DNA of 64,000 bases from Lama guanicoe (GCA_013239625.1 MU054662.1:8063062-8127061), one strand, 5' to 3'. Shown: positions 48,235 through 61,560, numbered from the stretch's first letter. The notes: generated by a model not told the origin, from the sequence alone. Program-made: numbers and translations.

Positions 48235-48845
48235 TCATTCCACCAGTACTGGTGGTGCTGCTGTGTGCTAGGGATTCAAGGCGAGCAAAACACACCTGGG
48301 TCCCTGCCCACGTGGAGCTCACAGCCTACTGGAAAAAACAGGCATAACCCAAATCATCACAAATTAATATACAGTTATAAACCGAGTGAAGGGCTCAAAC
48401 TGAATCATGAAGTGCGATATGCAGAGGAGGCTTCCCTGCTCTGGGAGGTCAGGGTAGCTCCCCTGAGGAAGGGCTCCAGCTGAGATGCAAAAGTGAAGCA
48501 GACTGGTGGTTTCTAGTTTAAGGTGGTTGAGGGAAGAGCATCTTCCAGGAAGATGGGTGGCTTGTGCAAAGGCCCTGTGGTGGGAAAAAACATGTCCTGT
48601 TTTTTCCAGGGACCAAAGGCCTGGATGTCTAGAAGGCAAAGAGTCAACTAGATGAAGCAGGAGACATGGTCAGGGCCAGACCACACCTGACCTTCTAGGC
48701 CAGGGTGAGGATATTGGTCTTGATCTCAAGAGGAATAGGAGGCCAATAACTGTTTGAAACCAGGGAGGAGAAAGGGAGGGGGTTGAATGGAATTTGCACA
48801 TCAAAGAGGTCTCCCTGGCTGTTTAGTAGAGAACAGATGGCGGGT
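48235..48845 (-). mobile_element. L2 3' portion
   Basis: GTGCTAGGGATTCAAGG...TCCCTGCCCACGTGGAGCTCACAGCCTA...TGCAAAGGCCCTGTGGTGGGA...CAGGGCCAGACCACAC. Confidence 0.85.
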
Positions 48846-49509
48846 GTCTATCCGTTAAATGGGTCATCTTAGTCCCTTGCTGTTTGTTTCCTATCTCCCA
48901 CTTTGTTGAGCTGAAGTCTGTAGAATGTGCTGGAGCTTTATGAAGGGAGACGTATATCTAAATTTTGACCATCCAGTATTCAGCCTCAGCTCAGAACCCG
49001 CAAAATTAAACTCTTACTCTTGAAGTGGCATGTCTCCTTTCCTAACTCACAGAGACTCAGGCAGCTGTGACCATGCTGACCCCTGCAAGGCCAGCAGTAT
49101 GATGGATGTGGGGCCCTGTGTACAGACCCTGGCCTCCCTGGGAGGAGTCAGGAGGGAAGCAGCAGGGCCGATGGACTGGCAGAGCTGGGAGGAACAGGGA
49201 GCAGGGAAGCGGAGAGGTGGGACTTGCAGGGGTACAGGCACCAATCTGGCCTCTTGTGCTGGGCGTTCGGGCACAGTGACATGGACACAAGCGGGCAAGC
49301 CCCCTTGGCCACAAGCGCCTCCTCGCCATTTGGCTAATGGCTCCTCTGTTTTGGTTATTCCAGCTGCTGCTCCTACAGAAATAGCCTTTGTTTAGGACAG
49401 GGGCCCTTCCTTTCATTTCAACAAACATTAATTGATCTTAGCCTATAGCTAAGAATACTCTGAGCAGTAATGCCCCATAGGAGGCAGAATGAACTACGTA
49501 CCAAGTGTG

Positions 49510-49639
49510 GAACCACCAGTAACCCAGTTTGCCTGGGACAGTGTCAGCCGAAGGTTGTAGTTTGTGTATAATTATTAGTCATGCACTCCTTCCCTCTCAA
49601 AATCGTCCCAGTTTGGGCGATACATTATGTGGTCACCTA
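49510..49639. mobile_element. MER94 hAT-Blackjack MITE
   Basis: CCCAGTTTGCCTGGGACAGT...ATAATTATTAGT...CTCTCAAAATCGTCCCAGTTTGGGCGATACATTATGTGGTCACCT. Confidence 0.8.
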
Positions 49640-49859
49640 ACAATGTGCCACAGCTGTTCAGAGGTGCCAGCAGTCCTTTGCAGGAATTCAGGTGACATCA
49701 CAGAGTGAATAATATTTAAGCTGCGCCCTTGAGGAATGAGCCGTATTTCAGCTATGAGAGCAGGGAGGTGGAGCATCTCGGTCCTGGGGAACAGAACCAG
49801 TGCAGGCCCAGAGGCGGGCATGCAGGAGAAGATGAGCATGGTGGACCTACAACCTAGAC

Positions 49860-50027
49860 CAGCTCAGCACACTCTTTACAGAACATTTCAGACAATAACT
49901 ATTTCAGGTTTTGTGCTGCAGCCATAGGCCCCGGTGAAGAAAGGGGCAGGGCTGTGCGCCAATAAAACTTTATTTACAAAAACTGGCAGTCTCAGGGTTC
50001 GGCCTGGGTGTACTTTTCTGGCTCCTG
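49860..50027. mobile_element. MER58A-like hAT-Charlie MITE inserted in an L2 fragment
   Basis: GGCTGTGCGCCAATAAAACTTTATTTACAAAAACTGGCAG; degenerate 8-bp TSD ACCTAGAC / ACCTGGAG. Confidence 0.8.
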
Positions 50028-50909
50028 ACCTGGAGCATGAGAAGGAAAGTTACAAAAGAACAAAAGACAGGCCTGGAAAGCTCTGTAGGAGCCGTATCAT
50101 GAGAGGTCTCAAATAACCGACTTACTATTTTTTTTCCAATAATAATAATGTTTTTGAACACATCTAAGGTCCGAGGGTTTGGAAGGCACTGGAGAGAAGG
50201 TGGGAGCAGCAGTGAGGAAACCGGATGGGCTGTGGGCCCAGGGGCCTCCCTTGGAGGCAGGTCTGTGGAGCTGGCGTGCCGGACCCTGGCCTCCTCCTTC
50301 AGAATCTTCCCTTATGTTCTGGACAGATGCCCCTCCCTCCCCCTGTCCTCAGGGGCCTCACACTCTCTGGGGCAGGCCCTGTGACAAGGTGCTACCCTCT
50401 CCTTTCCCGTGGAGTGAAGGCAAGTAGAGACCTCCCTCCCCTCCCCTTCCGACGGGGCGGGCCTGCTGATCACATCTCCCGGGGCAGCCCAGCAACTCTG
50501 CCTGCACAACTCCCAGTGGACAGGATGCCGGTGCCCTCGCCATTTAATTATTGCATTGGACTCTTAGCTGCAGAGCTGGAAGGGAGAGCAGCTAGCCACC
50601 TGCCACCACTCGTGTCCCCCAAGCCCCCCGGCGTGCGAGGATCGCCTTTCCCGTGAACATCCCTGTAGAACAACTAGAGGTTTCCTCCCAGGCTGCGGAA
50701 CGTCCATCTCCCCTGGAGTCCAAGAGAGGAAGGTGTTCAGGTTCTCCTGGTCCTGTCTTGCTTCAGGGAACTGCCCTGGAGTAGGTCCTGCTCCCCTTTC
50801 TCCCTCCGTCCTGCGCGTGCGGCCTCCTCGGCGCTCCATGCACAGCTGTCCCCACTGTAGGCACCGCCCTTTCTCTCAAAGCTGCCACATCTGTAGATTT
50901 TTACTGATG

Positions 50910-51225
50910 TGGGGGCTTGGCCTGCCAGGCTCATTCACCCCAGGCATAAAATTTAAGGGGATGCCCAAAAGTTCAGCAATCAAGAGAAATATTATTTTAA
51001 TGCAATATTTTTAAAAAACAAAATTAACAGCAAACGTGCATGGTAAACAAAACATCAACATTCTTAATGACGGCAGGCTCAGTATTACTGACTCTTCCTT
51101 CTGCGTTGAATTCTAAAGTGTCCAGGCAGGGCGTGGTTTTGGGTCCTGTTTTCATCTCCATTACTAACGTTCGGGGCACCCCCTTAAACTCTGTGGCCAA
51201 GGGAAATGCCACCGGTCCCAGCCCC
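50910..51225. mobile_element. MER96B-like hAT element
   Basis: AAAATTTAAGGGGATGCCCAAAAGTTCAGCAATCAAGAGAAATATTATTTTAATGCAATATTTTTAAAAAA...TCAGTATTACTGA; inverted GGCACCCCCTTAAA arm. Confidence 0.7.
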
Positions 51226-51524
51226 CGAGGAGATGCCAGAGGGGGCCCTGGCTCTGTGGAGGGCAGAGAGCAGAACAAGTTGAACTTCACTTACGAGATA
51301 ACGAAATAAGGCCTTCCAAGCCCTTCCACGTCCCTCCTCGTGTCTCACGGAAGGAGTTTCTCACTGTTTTCTCCCGCTCAGTCTGGCCTGCCTCCCTTTT
51401 ACCTGTTCTCCCAACCAACACCTGCTTTCTTCTCCCTTCTGCTCTGAGTTTTATGCTCCTCCATCTTCGAGACGTCCTAGACTAGATTCACCAGGAAGCT
51501 GGTGGGGGAGCTTTAAATTCCTCA

Positions 51525-51740
51525 TTCTCCAGTCCTTTCTTTACCTTTTCTCCTTTGCCCTTATTATCTGACACTGTATATATTATTCAACTATCTTGCT
51601 ATTATCTGTCCACCGTTCCCCTCTCCTCCCTGACCAGAATGTAAGCCCCACGAATGCTGAGATTTTTATCTTTTTTGGTAGCAGTCGTGAACAGTTCCTG
51701 GCACACGGCAGACACTCAATAAACACCAGCCGAATGAGTC
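51525..51740 (+). mobile_element. L2a 3' end
   Basis: CCAGAATGTAAGCCCCACGA...ACAGTTCCTGGCACACGGCAGACACTCAATAAAC. Confidence 0.8.
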
Positions 51741-52284
51741 GGTAACAACTGAGCTCCCTTTGCTTTCATCTTTCCCGTCCTGGGGCAGGCCTGGCCTCCC
51801 CTTTAACAGCTAAAAGACACTGAATCTTTTTCCTAGATGACAGAACATCTGCTCTGGGCCTCCACCCTCAGCCATGCAAACAGGTAGCAGAAGCTTTGAA
51901 ATCACAGTTGTTACTTAACACGTCCAACCTAGGCAACAGAAACAAATTTTTCCCAGGGCAGACTTCAGGGTTTTCAAGGTATATTGTGTATTTTTTCCCT
52001 TTTAATAAGGATTGATGTTCAAGGGAAGATTTGAATTTCATGTAATTTGAATCAATACCTTGGCCAAGATACTTTAAGACCCTGTTTTGATTATTCTGTC
52101 TGTAAAATGGGTATACTGGTTCCAGTACTAGTAACTCCACAAAGGCACTGTCAAACTCAGGCAAAATGCTAACGGCTTTGGCTGGATGTGCTCTGTAATG
52201 TATAATCGCCATGCATATACAGTTGTGTGAAGTCTCATTAGCACTTGGCCAAGGTCTCCTGATGAGACCATGGCGGAAGTGACC

Positions 52285-52430
52285 ATCCAGTTCTAAACTT
52301 CTTCCTTCACAGATGAGAAACTGAGGCTCCGGCGGTGATGGGAGGTGCCCAGGGTCACATCTCTAGTGAATAGAGGAAAGTTCTGGATAGAAGCCTGGTG
52401 TCCCGGCTCCCAGAGCTGTTCCTGGCCTCT
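52285..52430 (-). mobile_element. MIR SINE
   Basis: TTCACAGATGAGAAACTGAGGCTCC...GCCCAGGGTCACA. Confidence 0.8.
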
Positions 52431-53489
52431 TAGAGCTTCCCTGGTGCTGATTTCACAAGAACAGGGACTCTAGTTGCAGCTCTCAGCCTAGATGAAACTC
52501 ACCATGGCTGGAGGGGGACACATTCTTGGCTTTCAGGTATCCTTGTGAATCCCAGCCCTTCACAAACTCACCCAGGGAGGGAGACGTTTTTAAACAAAAT
52601 CCTAGTCCCATCCCTTCCATATCTGAGATTTATTTCTGAGAGGCGTCTGAATGAGAATTTTACAGGTGTTTCATTCCCCAGCCTTGTTATGGTTCCTTTG
52701 CTGTCCTCTACGAACTGGTTTTGACTGAAACCTCTGTAAGGCACGCAGCAAGAATCCTGGAGTGGAGACCTGTGCCTGGGGTGCAAGTCATCTGGTCAGC
52801 AGCATCTCCAGGCTCAGTGTGATCATTGCGGGAGAGAACAGGGCCCTGAGAAGGGCAAGGAGGCACAGAGAGATTAATTTCTTCAATGTCATGCTTCCTG
52901 TGCATTCCTTAATAACTCAAATTTACACGTGTGGGGAAAATCATAATTTCCCATGGAAGACATGGAAGGGGGTCAGAGCCATCAGACTATTTTGCAAGTG
53001 GGTGTGTCCACAGGCTCTGAATTGGTCCCACCAGCAGTCTTTTGGCGTTTTTATGGGGTGTGTGGCCATGATTGTGACCAAGAACTGGCATTTGTGCCTT
53101 TGTCGGTGGCAGTGTCTCTGATATTATTCGTGTGTGTGTGTGTGTGTGTTATCATCACTTCTCGCTTTGTGACCATGTGTAGATCAATGTGTGTTTCTTT
53201 TTAAAAAATTATTTCTCATTTCCTGCATAAATTACTCCATGTAAAAGGCCATCCGGAGCTCAGTTTCTAGCATCCTTTTTCAATAAAGCAATATTATCAC
53301 AGCCCAGTCCCAAAACTGGTCCCAGGAGAGGCTTTTCCTAGATTCTTTGTCAAACGAAATGTCACCGACTCACCAAACGATGAGAGGAAGAATTCTTCTT
53401 GTTTATTTCCCAAGTGAGGCAGAGCAGAAGCAGTTCAGCCTCTTTGCATCCTCTCCCTGGCTGGGCGGGCAGGCGGGCAGGTGGGCAGA

Positions 53490-53695
53490 GGTGTGGAGGA
53501 GACCACCCTTGGACTCTGCCTTTACACTTCGCCCCCTTAACCAGCTTTGTGACTTTGGGCAAGTCATTTTTCTAACCTCAGTTCCCCCTTTTAAACATAG
53601 GACTAGTAACACCTCCTTTGAAGGGTCGCTGCAAAGATTAAATAATAAACTGGGCGACACAGTTCTTTGTAAGGGACATTAGCAGGCTGTGTGCC
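53490..53695 (+). mobile_element. MIR SINE
   Basis: CAGCTTTGTGACTTTGGGCAAGTCATTTTTCTAACCTCAGTTCCCC. Confidence 0.8.
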
Positions 53696-53724
53696 ATACA
53701 TTCTGCACATCCTCTGCTGAACAT

Positions 53725-53940
53725 ATACATTTATTTACTCCTTTATTCAGCCAATATTTATTGAACACCTAATAGGTATACACACTAGGCTCCAAACACA
53801 TTCTGTTTAGGATTATGTAATCTAGTAGGGTAGGCGAATAGAAATCAGAATTTTGCAGGAAAAGTGCTAAGAGGATGTTGCACAGAATGCTCTAGGCTGC
53901 TAGAACCATCCTGTGGCAGCCACGTGCAGGATAAGGAAGG
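53725..53940 (-). mobile_element. L2 3' end
   Basis: TTTATTCAGCCAATATTTATTGAACACCTA. Confidence 0.7.
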
Positions 53941-54699
53941 CCTCGGGGAGACTGATTTGCAGGCTGTTGCTAAGCTGAGGTGTGGCAGAGGAGATGGAGG
54001 GGAGGAAAATGTGGCTCACTCTATGGGGGATGAAAAGAATGATTAGTTTGTACCAAGATGCACTGACCTTCCCCAGCTTCTGGACTGGGAACCCAGGGTC
54101 CATCAGCAGCCTGGTTGGTGAGGGAGCTGGGGCTCCGAGGCTGGACAGTCTGACCGCTGTGGGAGGAATGGCGGGGAACAGGAGGAGGACCGAGCCCAGC
54201 TGAGGGCAAAGGAGGGATGGAGACAGGAAGGGCTTTACAGAGGTTTTCAAAAGGCTTCAGTGGGGCTGGTGGTTACCCTTAGAAACGTAATCCTACTGGG
54301 AAAGCCAAGGGACTTCACTAAATTTGGGGCTGGTCTTAGTTGAGTTAAAAGGGACGTGTGCTTTCCATGATGGGTTCCACATGACCCGTCTCTAATCTGT
54401 GTGTGGTCAAATTCTGCCGGGTCTCTTGGCTGCTCTTAGCATTCCTGCTCATCCATTCACTCCCTATTTAATAAGCGCACGTGGAGCCTGATGCGAGGCC
54501 AGAGCTGGAAGCAGGAGCACCGTGCTCAGGAAGCTTGGGGCTCAAAAGGGAGGGGCGCCCGTGGGAACACGTAATGAAAATATGCTGAGATACCACCTGG
54601 AGTTCACGGCTAAGAGCTTTGGACTTTATCGTGAGAGAAAACTTTACAGAGCTGAATCTTGAAGGATGAGTGTGATTTTGCCAAACAAAAGTGAAACAA

Positions 54700-54968
54700 A
54701 CTATAATTGCTATGATTGTTTTAACAACGACACTCACCATTTGTGGCTCAGTCTGTGCCGATGCTGAGTCCTTTACTATGTGCTGAGCACATCGTGTGTC
54801 TGATGTAACAAATGACATAAAACCCCAATAAACACCCCGTAAGTTAGGTATTACTGTTCCCATGTTCAGAAATAGGAACAGTGAGAGTTCACACAGCCAG
54901 GAAGAGGGAGATGGAGGATGTGAATCCAGGCTGTCTGACTTCGGAGTTTTTTCCAGCCCACTGTGCTA
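54700..54968 (-). mobile_element. MIR SINE (near full length), preceded by an L2 fragment at about 54445-54700
   Basis: TAGGTATTACTGTTCCCATGTTCAGAAATAGGAAC...TGTGAATCCAGGCTGTCTGACTTC...CACTGTGCTAT. Confidence 0.8.
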
Positions 54969-55149
54969 TCTCCCATGTTCACTTCTTCATCTTACTGTAG
55001 GAGGCACATGAAATAAACCACAGCGTGGTCAGAAGCTCTCAATTCAGAGACACATTGAAGTGGAGAGAACTGTAATGCCTTTGACAACAAGTGATAATGA
55101 CTAACTAGGCAACGTCTAGCTGAGCTGGTTGAGCACTGGTCTGACTGAC

Positions 55150-55710
55150 TGTTTTCCGGTGATGCTTCCTCTTCACGCGGCAAGAACGATCCTCTGGATG
55201 TTCCACAAGGGCACAGCACCAGCCCGGGTACGCGTGGAAGGCGTAAGAGAGACTGAAGACACCGATCTTGTCCTCAAACATTTGTGATACATTGAGGAGA
55301 CTGAGACTAACAGGGAACACAGAAGCTCACAAAGCAAAGTAAGATTAAGGGCCAATCATAGGGCAGGGGACCCAGAGCTTGACTCCATTCAGCTGCAGAG
55401 GTTCAGAGAAAGGTAGGACTTAGGGGTTGGGTAGGACCTGCATAGTGGAGAGGAAAAGGGGCCTCCAGGGGGCGTGGGGACCTGAGCAAGGGGTCAGAGG
55501 GTGAAGGTTAGCTCTTCACCATCTGTAAAACCATGGCAGCCTGGTGCAGGTGGAGAAAAGGCTCAGGTTTGAAAGACCAGGGGATTAGGTAAGAGAGGTA
55601 GGTTGAGTCTGATTACAAAGGACAAGAAAGGAGGCTAAGAAACTTGAATTTGTCTTTATAGGTCCTGGCAAGTCATTACAGATTTTTGAGTCGGGGAGAA
55701 ACAGTATAAG
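55150..55710 (-). mobile_element. L2 fragment (diverged)
   Basis: GGCTAAGAAACTTGAATTTGTCTTTATAGG...AGTCATTACAGATTTTTGAG. Confidence 0.55.
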
Positions 55711-57460
55711 CCAGTCTGTAAACTATTTTAGCTTCCATGGAGGCGCTCTCCCTTCCTAGAGAATTGGAGTCTGGTCTCTTTGAGATCAGCCTCATGGCTC
55801 TGGTGAAATCTGAGGCTTTCTTGGGGACGACTGACTGCAACAGCTAATCACCAGCAGTCGGAGAACAGGGCCCCCTGTCAGGTCCCGCCTCTTGTGTACA
55901 GACGGCAGCGGTGCGAATTGATGATGACGGTGATGGAACAGAATTCTAAGAAGTGGAGGGTTTTGTGCAACATCACACAGCAAATTTTTGGCAGAACTGG
56001 GACCAGCTATGTGCCTCCTTAGCTTGCTCACCCCGTAGGGAAGTAGGAGGAGCTATACCCTTGGGGAAACACCCCAGGGACCTGGTAGGCAAACCACACC
56101 TCCATCACGGCACTTATGCAACAAAAGGGCCTGCGAGGGTCTCCAGAGTGAGATCAGTGAGGACAAAGACATTGATGTCGTTTGCTCCCGGGATAGATTG
56201 CAGGCTGGGGCAACACCCCCAAAGTGGACAGGGGACAGGCCTCTGGTTTGGGCTTCTGGCCAGAGAAGCCAGAGGCTCAGTCTTCACTGCTGTCCTGCTC
56301 ATCTGCAAAGAGTGTAAGTGGCTAAGCGAGCAGAGGCGTTCTCTGGGGAAGCTTGCTGGGCTGTCAGAGGTCAGGGCGTGCCCCATGAAATGACCTGGGG
56401 GCAGCCTGATCAGAGCTAAAGAGCGGGAGCGGGGCCACTCCATTTCTTGGGGATCTTATGGGGACAGAAGGGACATTATCTTCAAGATGAAGAGCCTGCT
56501 TCCTCCTTTGTCCCTGAAACATCTGGGCCATCAGGTCACACAGGGCCCGTGTCTTCCCATCCATCTCTCTCTCTCTGTGTCTCTCTGTCCGCCTCCCTGT
56601 CTGTCAGGCTGCCTGTTAATTGGGCCCAGCCCAGCTTGGGATCAGGGCAGCTGTGTCACAGGCGCCTGCCAGCCTCTGGGGGAGGAGGACTTTGTACAGG
56701 ACGAAAGAGAGGGGCTGACATTCTCTCTGGCGCCCCCAAGGCCCGCCCTGGGGCAAGGCCAGTGTGAGCATGGGGGGAGGGCGACCTCACTGTCCCCCCA
56801 CCTCCAGGGCTGCAGGCTCTTTCCTGTGTCTCAGTGCCTTCGGTCCTGTGAGTTGCCCTTGTGATGCTCAGAGGAACAGCTGGCAGAAAGGAGATTACCG
56901 AATGTACTTCTGCCTTGAAGCTTTCTCCAGGCTGGGGGGACTAGGCAGTTGTCAGTGTGGGAAAGGGGACATCTATGTCTAGTGTCGCCCTGTGGCAGTG
57001 CCCTGCATGGGGCACACTGGTGTCACTGGGGACCGTCCTTCCCTCTCAACTGTGTATTTGTTAGTCCCTGAGTGTGGCCAGGGTGGGCTTCTCTTCCCTA
57101 AACTGCTGTTGGTCCTCTCTGAGGGGCTCCACTCCTTACGAGGGGGGGCAGGGGTAAGACTAAAGCAGACAGACAGGCAGAAAAGCAGGCATAGCAGCAG
57201 GACGTGGGGAGGGAGCTCCAGCCCCTCAGTGACAGAAAGGACACACTTAGCAGGAGGGGCTGCAGGACACACCAGGCAGAGAGGGCTTCCTCCTTCAGCA
57301 ACCCTGACCCGGACCCTGGCCCTGGCCCCTGCTCTGTGGGCTTTGGCAGAAGCGGAGGATGGGAGGCCAGCAGCCAGAAGCAGCATCGTCCACAAATGAC
57401 CAGATACCGTTATGTCCTTACCATCTAGACAGTGAGCACCTCAAAGACAGGGAGAGCTTG

Positions 57461-57462
<2 letters not shown>

Positions 57463-57512
<50 letters not shown>
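57463..57512. repeat. (TG)25 perfect microsatellite embedded in an L2 3' end
   Basis: 50 bp of uninterrupted TG; flanks CTAGACAGTGAGCACC and CCTGGTACATGGTAGG are L2-tail-like. Confidence 0.95.
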
Positions 57513-57515
<3 letters not shown>

Positions 57516-57839
57516 CATCGTTGCACGCCTAGGCCCTGGTACATGGTAGGTTCTTAATACACAGAGTCTAAATTGAAGCAGTTTGCATCTTGAGGATGGA
57601 GAGACTAGTAAAAAGCTACCCAAGAACAGAGCTCTCCTCTGCCAAAATAGGGCCCTGACCCCTGGGCAGAAGAGGGAACACTGACATCAGTAGGGCCCCA
57701 AGGAATGGCCCATCCCCACATCGCCTCCGCCTTCTCCTTCGGGAAGCCCAACATTTACTCAGCACTTACTACTGCAGACCCCCTCTCTGGATTGGTAAGA
57801 AATATAGGAGCAAAGAGAAGTGGGGCAGGGAGCGGGGGA

Positions 57840-58570
57840 GGGGGAAGAACAAAAGGTCTGGAGTCAGAAGACATGCCGCTTGTGGGCTGTTTTCTTAGGC
57901 AAACCCAGCGCTTGACTTTCCTAAGCCTTATTATCCACCTCGATAAAATGAGATCAGCTACCTGGCAGGGAAAAAGGCATCTCTCATAAACTCCAGATAC
58001 GATGTAAATCGGCGTGACCTTCTCCAAGTAATTTGTAAAAATTCTTTGAAATGAGTACACCTTTGGATTTGGCAACTCCACATCTAGAAACTTACCCTAA
58101 GACAATCATCAAGTCTGGAGCAAAACTCAGCTGCAAGAATGTGTTTCTAATGACAAAAACTGGAAATAATCTAAACAACAAATAATAGAAATTTGGCTGG
58201 GTAATTGGAGTACATCCGTAAGTGGCATGCCATGTGTCACTAAGATTATTGTGTACGTTTCCCTTATGTGCAAAGGTATTTACAGTACGTCACTAAATTT
58301 ATAAGGCTGCTTACAGAACAAACAGTGTGTAGAGTATGATCCTGTCTTGAAGAAAAAAGCGTCTCACTCTACATATTAACTGTGGTTATCTTTGTATCAT
58401 AGGACTACAGCTAACTTAAAATTTTCTCCTTCTTCTGTATCTATTTTGTACAATAAGGATATATTATTTATAAAGGTAATAAAAATTAAGTTATTATATT
58501 AACATATCGCCTTCTAAGATTGTTTTAAGAGTTAGAGAAGATACTACATATGAAAGTACTTTGCAAAATG
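57840..58570 (+). mobile_element. MIR split by an L1ME insertion (MIR about 57840-58000 and 58500-58570)
   Basis: TCTGGAGTCAGAAGAC...AGCCTTATTATCCACCTCGATAAAATGAG then resumes AGATTGTTTTAAGAGTTAGAG...ATATGAAAGTACTTTG. Confidence 0.6.
58005..58495 (+). mobile_element. L1ME-type LINE-1 3' end
   Basis: GCAACTCCACATCTAGAAACTTACCCTAAG...AAAAACTGGAAATAATCTAAA...ATTAACTGTGGTTATCT. Confidence 0.75.
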
Positions 58571-58574
58571 AAAA

Positions 58575-59070
58575 AGTATACAGCTATAAGACACGGTCTC
58601 TGCCCACAAGGAGCCTCCAGTTTGGAGAGAGACGAGAGGGATGCGAGATTAACTATAGCATGAAACAGAACCTGGCAAGAGCTTTCGGAGGGTGACAAAT
58701 ATGTTACTTGGAAACACAGAGGAGGTCAAATGACGTCTGGCTGTAGAGGAAAAAGCCAGAATGTTCAAGTTGAACACTGAAGAGTGATAAGGTTCTTGTC
58801 CAGCAGAGATGTAGAATTGGGGCAGTAAGACAAGTGGGAGGTCGTGGGACGGATTTGGAGAACGAAAGGGCTGTGTGTGGATGGCAGTAGCAAGCCTACG
58901 GTGAAGGGTCGAAGCTGAGTTCAGAAGGCAGTTAGGGAGGACAGGGGCCAGGCTGCACTTAATCAGCGTGGCCAGTGAACACCGGAGGTGCCTTCCATGA
59001 GTAAGGAGTCACTGAAAATTCTGGAGTAGGAGGTGGCACGACTGTAAGGCCATCCCGGACAGTGTCTGGC
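58575..59070 (-). mobile_element. L2 3' portion
   Basis: TATAAGACACGGTCTCTGCCCACAAGGAGC...GGAGTCACTGAAAATTCTGGAGTAGGAG. Confidence 0.7.
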
Positions 59071-59559
59071 AAGTCCGAGGCCCTGGACGGATGCAAAATG
59101 AAGCCCTCTGCCTGGGAAGCTCAGTCCCAAGGCAGCTAACAGGCTGGAGGGGCGAACAGCAGAGAGGAGGAGGGACTTGGCCGCCGTGGCCAGGGATGAG
59201 GGCCCTCTCCAGGTGTATCACTGGGAATAGAAAGGAGAAGACCATCTTCCTCCCAGACTGGAAAGAGCTGGGATGTGGGGGAATGATGGAGAGGGAACAT
59301 GAGATGGGGCTCAGGAAGGGAGGAAGTGGACTTGTCCCCCAGGTTTGCTGCCCGGGGGACCGGAGAACCAGGAATCATTCACAGAAGTCACAGGCAAGGC
59401 CAGTGGAGGAGGAGAGGCTGGGATGGGGGCGCTTCGGTGCTCACAGCATCCTCTCCCTCGGTCCTGATCTCTTGGGTGGGTGATGGCCAGGGGGGCCTGA
59501 GCCTTCTGCCACGTTGAATGGATCTCCTATCCATCATCCCTCCTTGGGAGGAATCTGGG

Positions 59560-60290
59560 CCCCATGTGGGGAAGGGGGTTTTATTTCAACCCAGAGAGAT
59601 TTTTTAGTGGAAATTCATTAACCACGTGCTCCTCTCCAGTCATCCCATCTCCTAGCTCCCCCACTTCCTCTCCCTGCAGCCAGGAGTTCACACAGGATCC
59701 CGGAAGCTGTGTCTCTGCCACCCTCACCTCCAGCAGTGCACACGCACGCGCACACACACACACCCCCAGAGGGAGGCAGGAAAGTCTTGTTGAGGCAAAT
59801 GTCTGAATTTCCATTTCCCACTGCAGCTCCCAGCCCGGCCACTGTTTAGCTCCTCCTGTTGTCATGTCACTAGTTAATTACATTCTTTACTCAGGTGCAA
59901 ATGTGTTTTTACAGGGAGACTAAGATGGTGTTAACTAGGAAGGAGTTGTGAATGTTAAAGATGCTTTTACCTCTGGTTGCAGGGCTGGGGCTCTTGGCTG
60001 GAGATGCTCCCTGCTGCTGCCCTGAAAATGCAGCCCAGGCATCAGCAGCCCCCTCTCCCTTCCCATGACCCCACCATCCTGGCCCCAAGCGCAGCCTCAC
60101 TGGAGTCAAATCAGCAACTCCATCCACAGGGAGAAATTGCTGTGAGTGGGAAGTGCCAGGCCAGGCCTTACACTGGTGCTGACCACCAACCTCATTTCTG
60201 GACACTTGGTGCATTTCAGACATTGAGAAACAAAATTAATCCACTTTAATCTAAAAGTAAATAAGTAAGTTGTGCAGTCAAATTCCCCTT
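59560..60290. promoter_or_regulatory. Candidate enhancer block
   Basis: Repeat-free; ATTCATTAAC, GTTAATTAC, AAAATTAATCC, TTTAATCT homeodomain sites. Confidence 0.25.
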
Positions 60291-61384
60291 TAGGCCGAGG
60301 CTGTCCTCCACTGCCTGGGTCCGTTACCCCCCTGAATCTTCCTCCCCGCTGCCCGCAGGCACCCTCCCCTCCAGCCCATCAGTGTCTCTCCAGACCCCCA
60401 GCCAAAGCCTCCCCGCAGGGAAACCATCTGAAACTTCATCTGCACACCTGCACAGGTTGCAACTGCCACCCTTTCTCTGAGTTCCCTACAGTTTAAAACA
60501 AAAAGCCAGCTGTGGCTCCCCAGGACCCAGCTTCACTCAGGGACCAGCCCACACTTGCAGGGAGAGAGGGCTGACTATATGTCTGGTGCCAGGGGACCAG
60601 ACAGGTGACCACAGGGCACTTCCCACTGTGACAAGGGCTGAGCGGCCACTGAGGAGAGGGGCTTGAATGGTGCATGCGGTAGGAAGCCTGCAGAGCACGC
60701 AGAGTGTACCCCTTCCCGCCAGCCCTGGAGTGGGGGGGGACAGAGGTGGGTCCTCTTTCCCCCGATCCCCCGCCCCGAGCACTTCTCTGCCCTTCTTTGC
60801 AGGTGCGCTGGCTCTAGCAGGCAGGAAGGCATTCTGGCCCAGCTGGAAGTGAGAAGAGGGGAGCAAGTCTCCTGAGGCCCATCCTAGAGGCCGCCAGGAT
60901 CACCCGAACAGTAAGAAATGCCTCTCCATCCTTTAACACTTAGTTAAACCCTCCAGGCAGATTCTCTTTTCTTCTGAAAACCTCGAGAACCAGCCCATAA
61001 CATTAGCTGACACTTAGCACACACAACCTTCGACAGCACAGCCCTGCGTGATTTCTCCACGTCTTTGCTCCTGGAGGACAGCACGGGACTGTGCCTGGTC
61101 CCTGGGCACCTCTCTTTTCTTCTACATACTCCATGAACAATAGACTGTTGTTGATACAGACGGATGGGCTGTTGCTGACACCATGATGATGATAACACTT
61201 GTACAACCCTCTGGAGCGAGCGTTATCAGCAGGGGTGTTTCTGGAAAATTCAGTGCCTGGGTCTCACACCGGGGTTCCTGATTTGCGAGTCCGGGTTCAG
61301 ACCAGGAATCTGCACCCCAAGTGTTTCTGATGAACACAGAGGAAACTGCATCCCAGTGGTTTGTCATGAACTATGAGAAATAGC

Positions 61385-61560
61385 TCCTCGGAGTGTATAA
61401 AGCTTTCTGAATGGAGAATCTCACTTAATCCTCTTATCAGATAGGGTTTTTTAAATCCCCTTAAGTAACTTCATGATCTCACAGACCTAAGTATCTGTAT
61501 AGGCAAGGATTTGGAAGTCAGTTATCCAAAACAAGCCTTTTTTCTTTCCAGTATGCCATG
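61385..61560 (-). mobile_element. MIR SINE, with a MER5-like fragment immediately left (about 61225-61365)
   Basis: ATCTCACTTAATCCTC...TTAAGTAACTT...ATCTCACAG...AGGATTTGGAAG. Confidence 0.55.

Noticed and set aside
52268-52283. YY1/ETS composite ATGGCGGAAGTG
   Set aside because: Isolated, at the edge of a MIR, in CpG-poor context with no other promoter features.
12015-59070. Inferring host-gene strand from TE orientation
   Set aside because: The signal is contradictory (three L1 on +, one L1 and the LTR on -, L2 mixed) and the numbers are too small.
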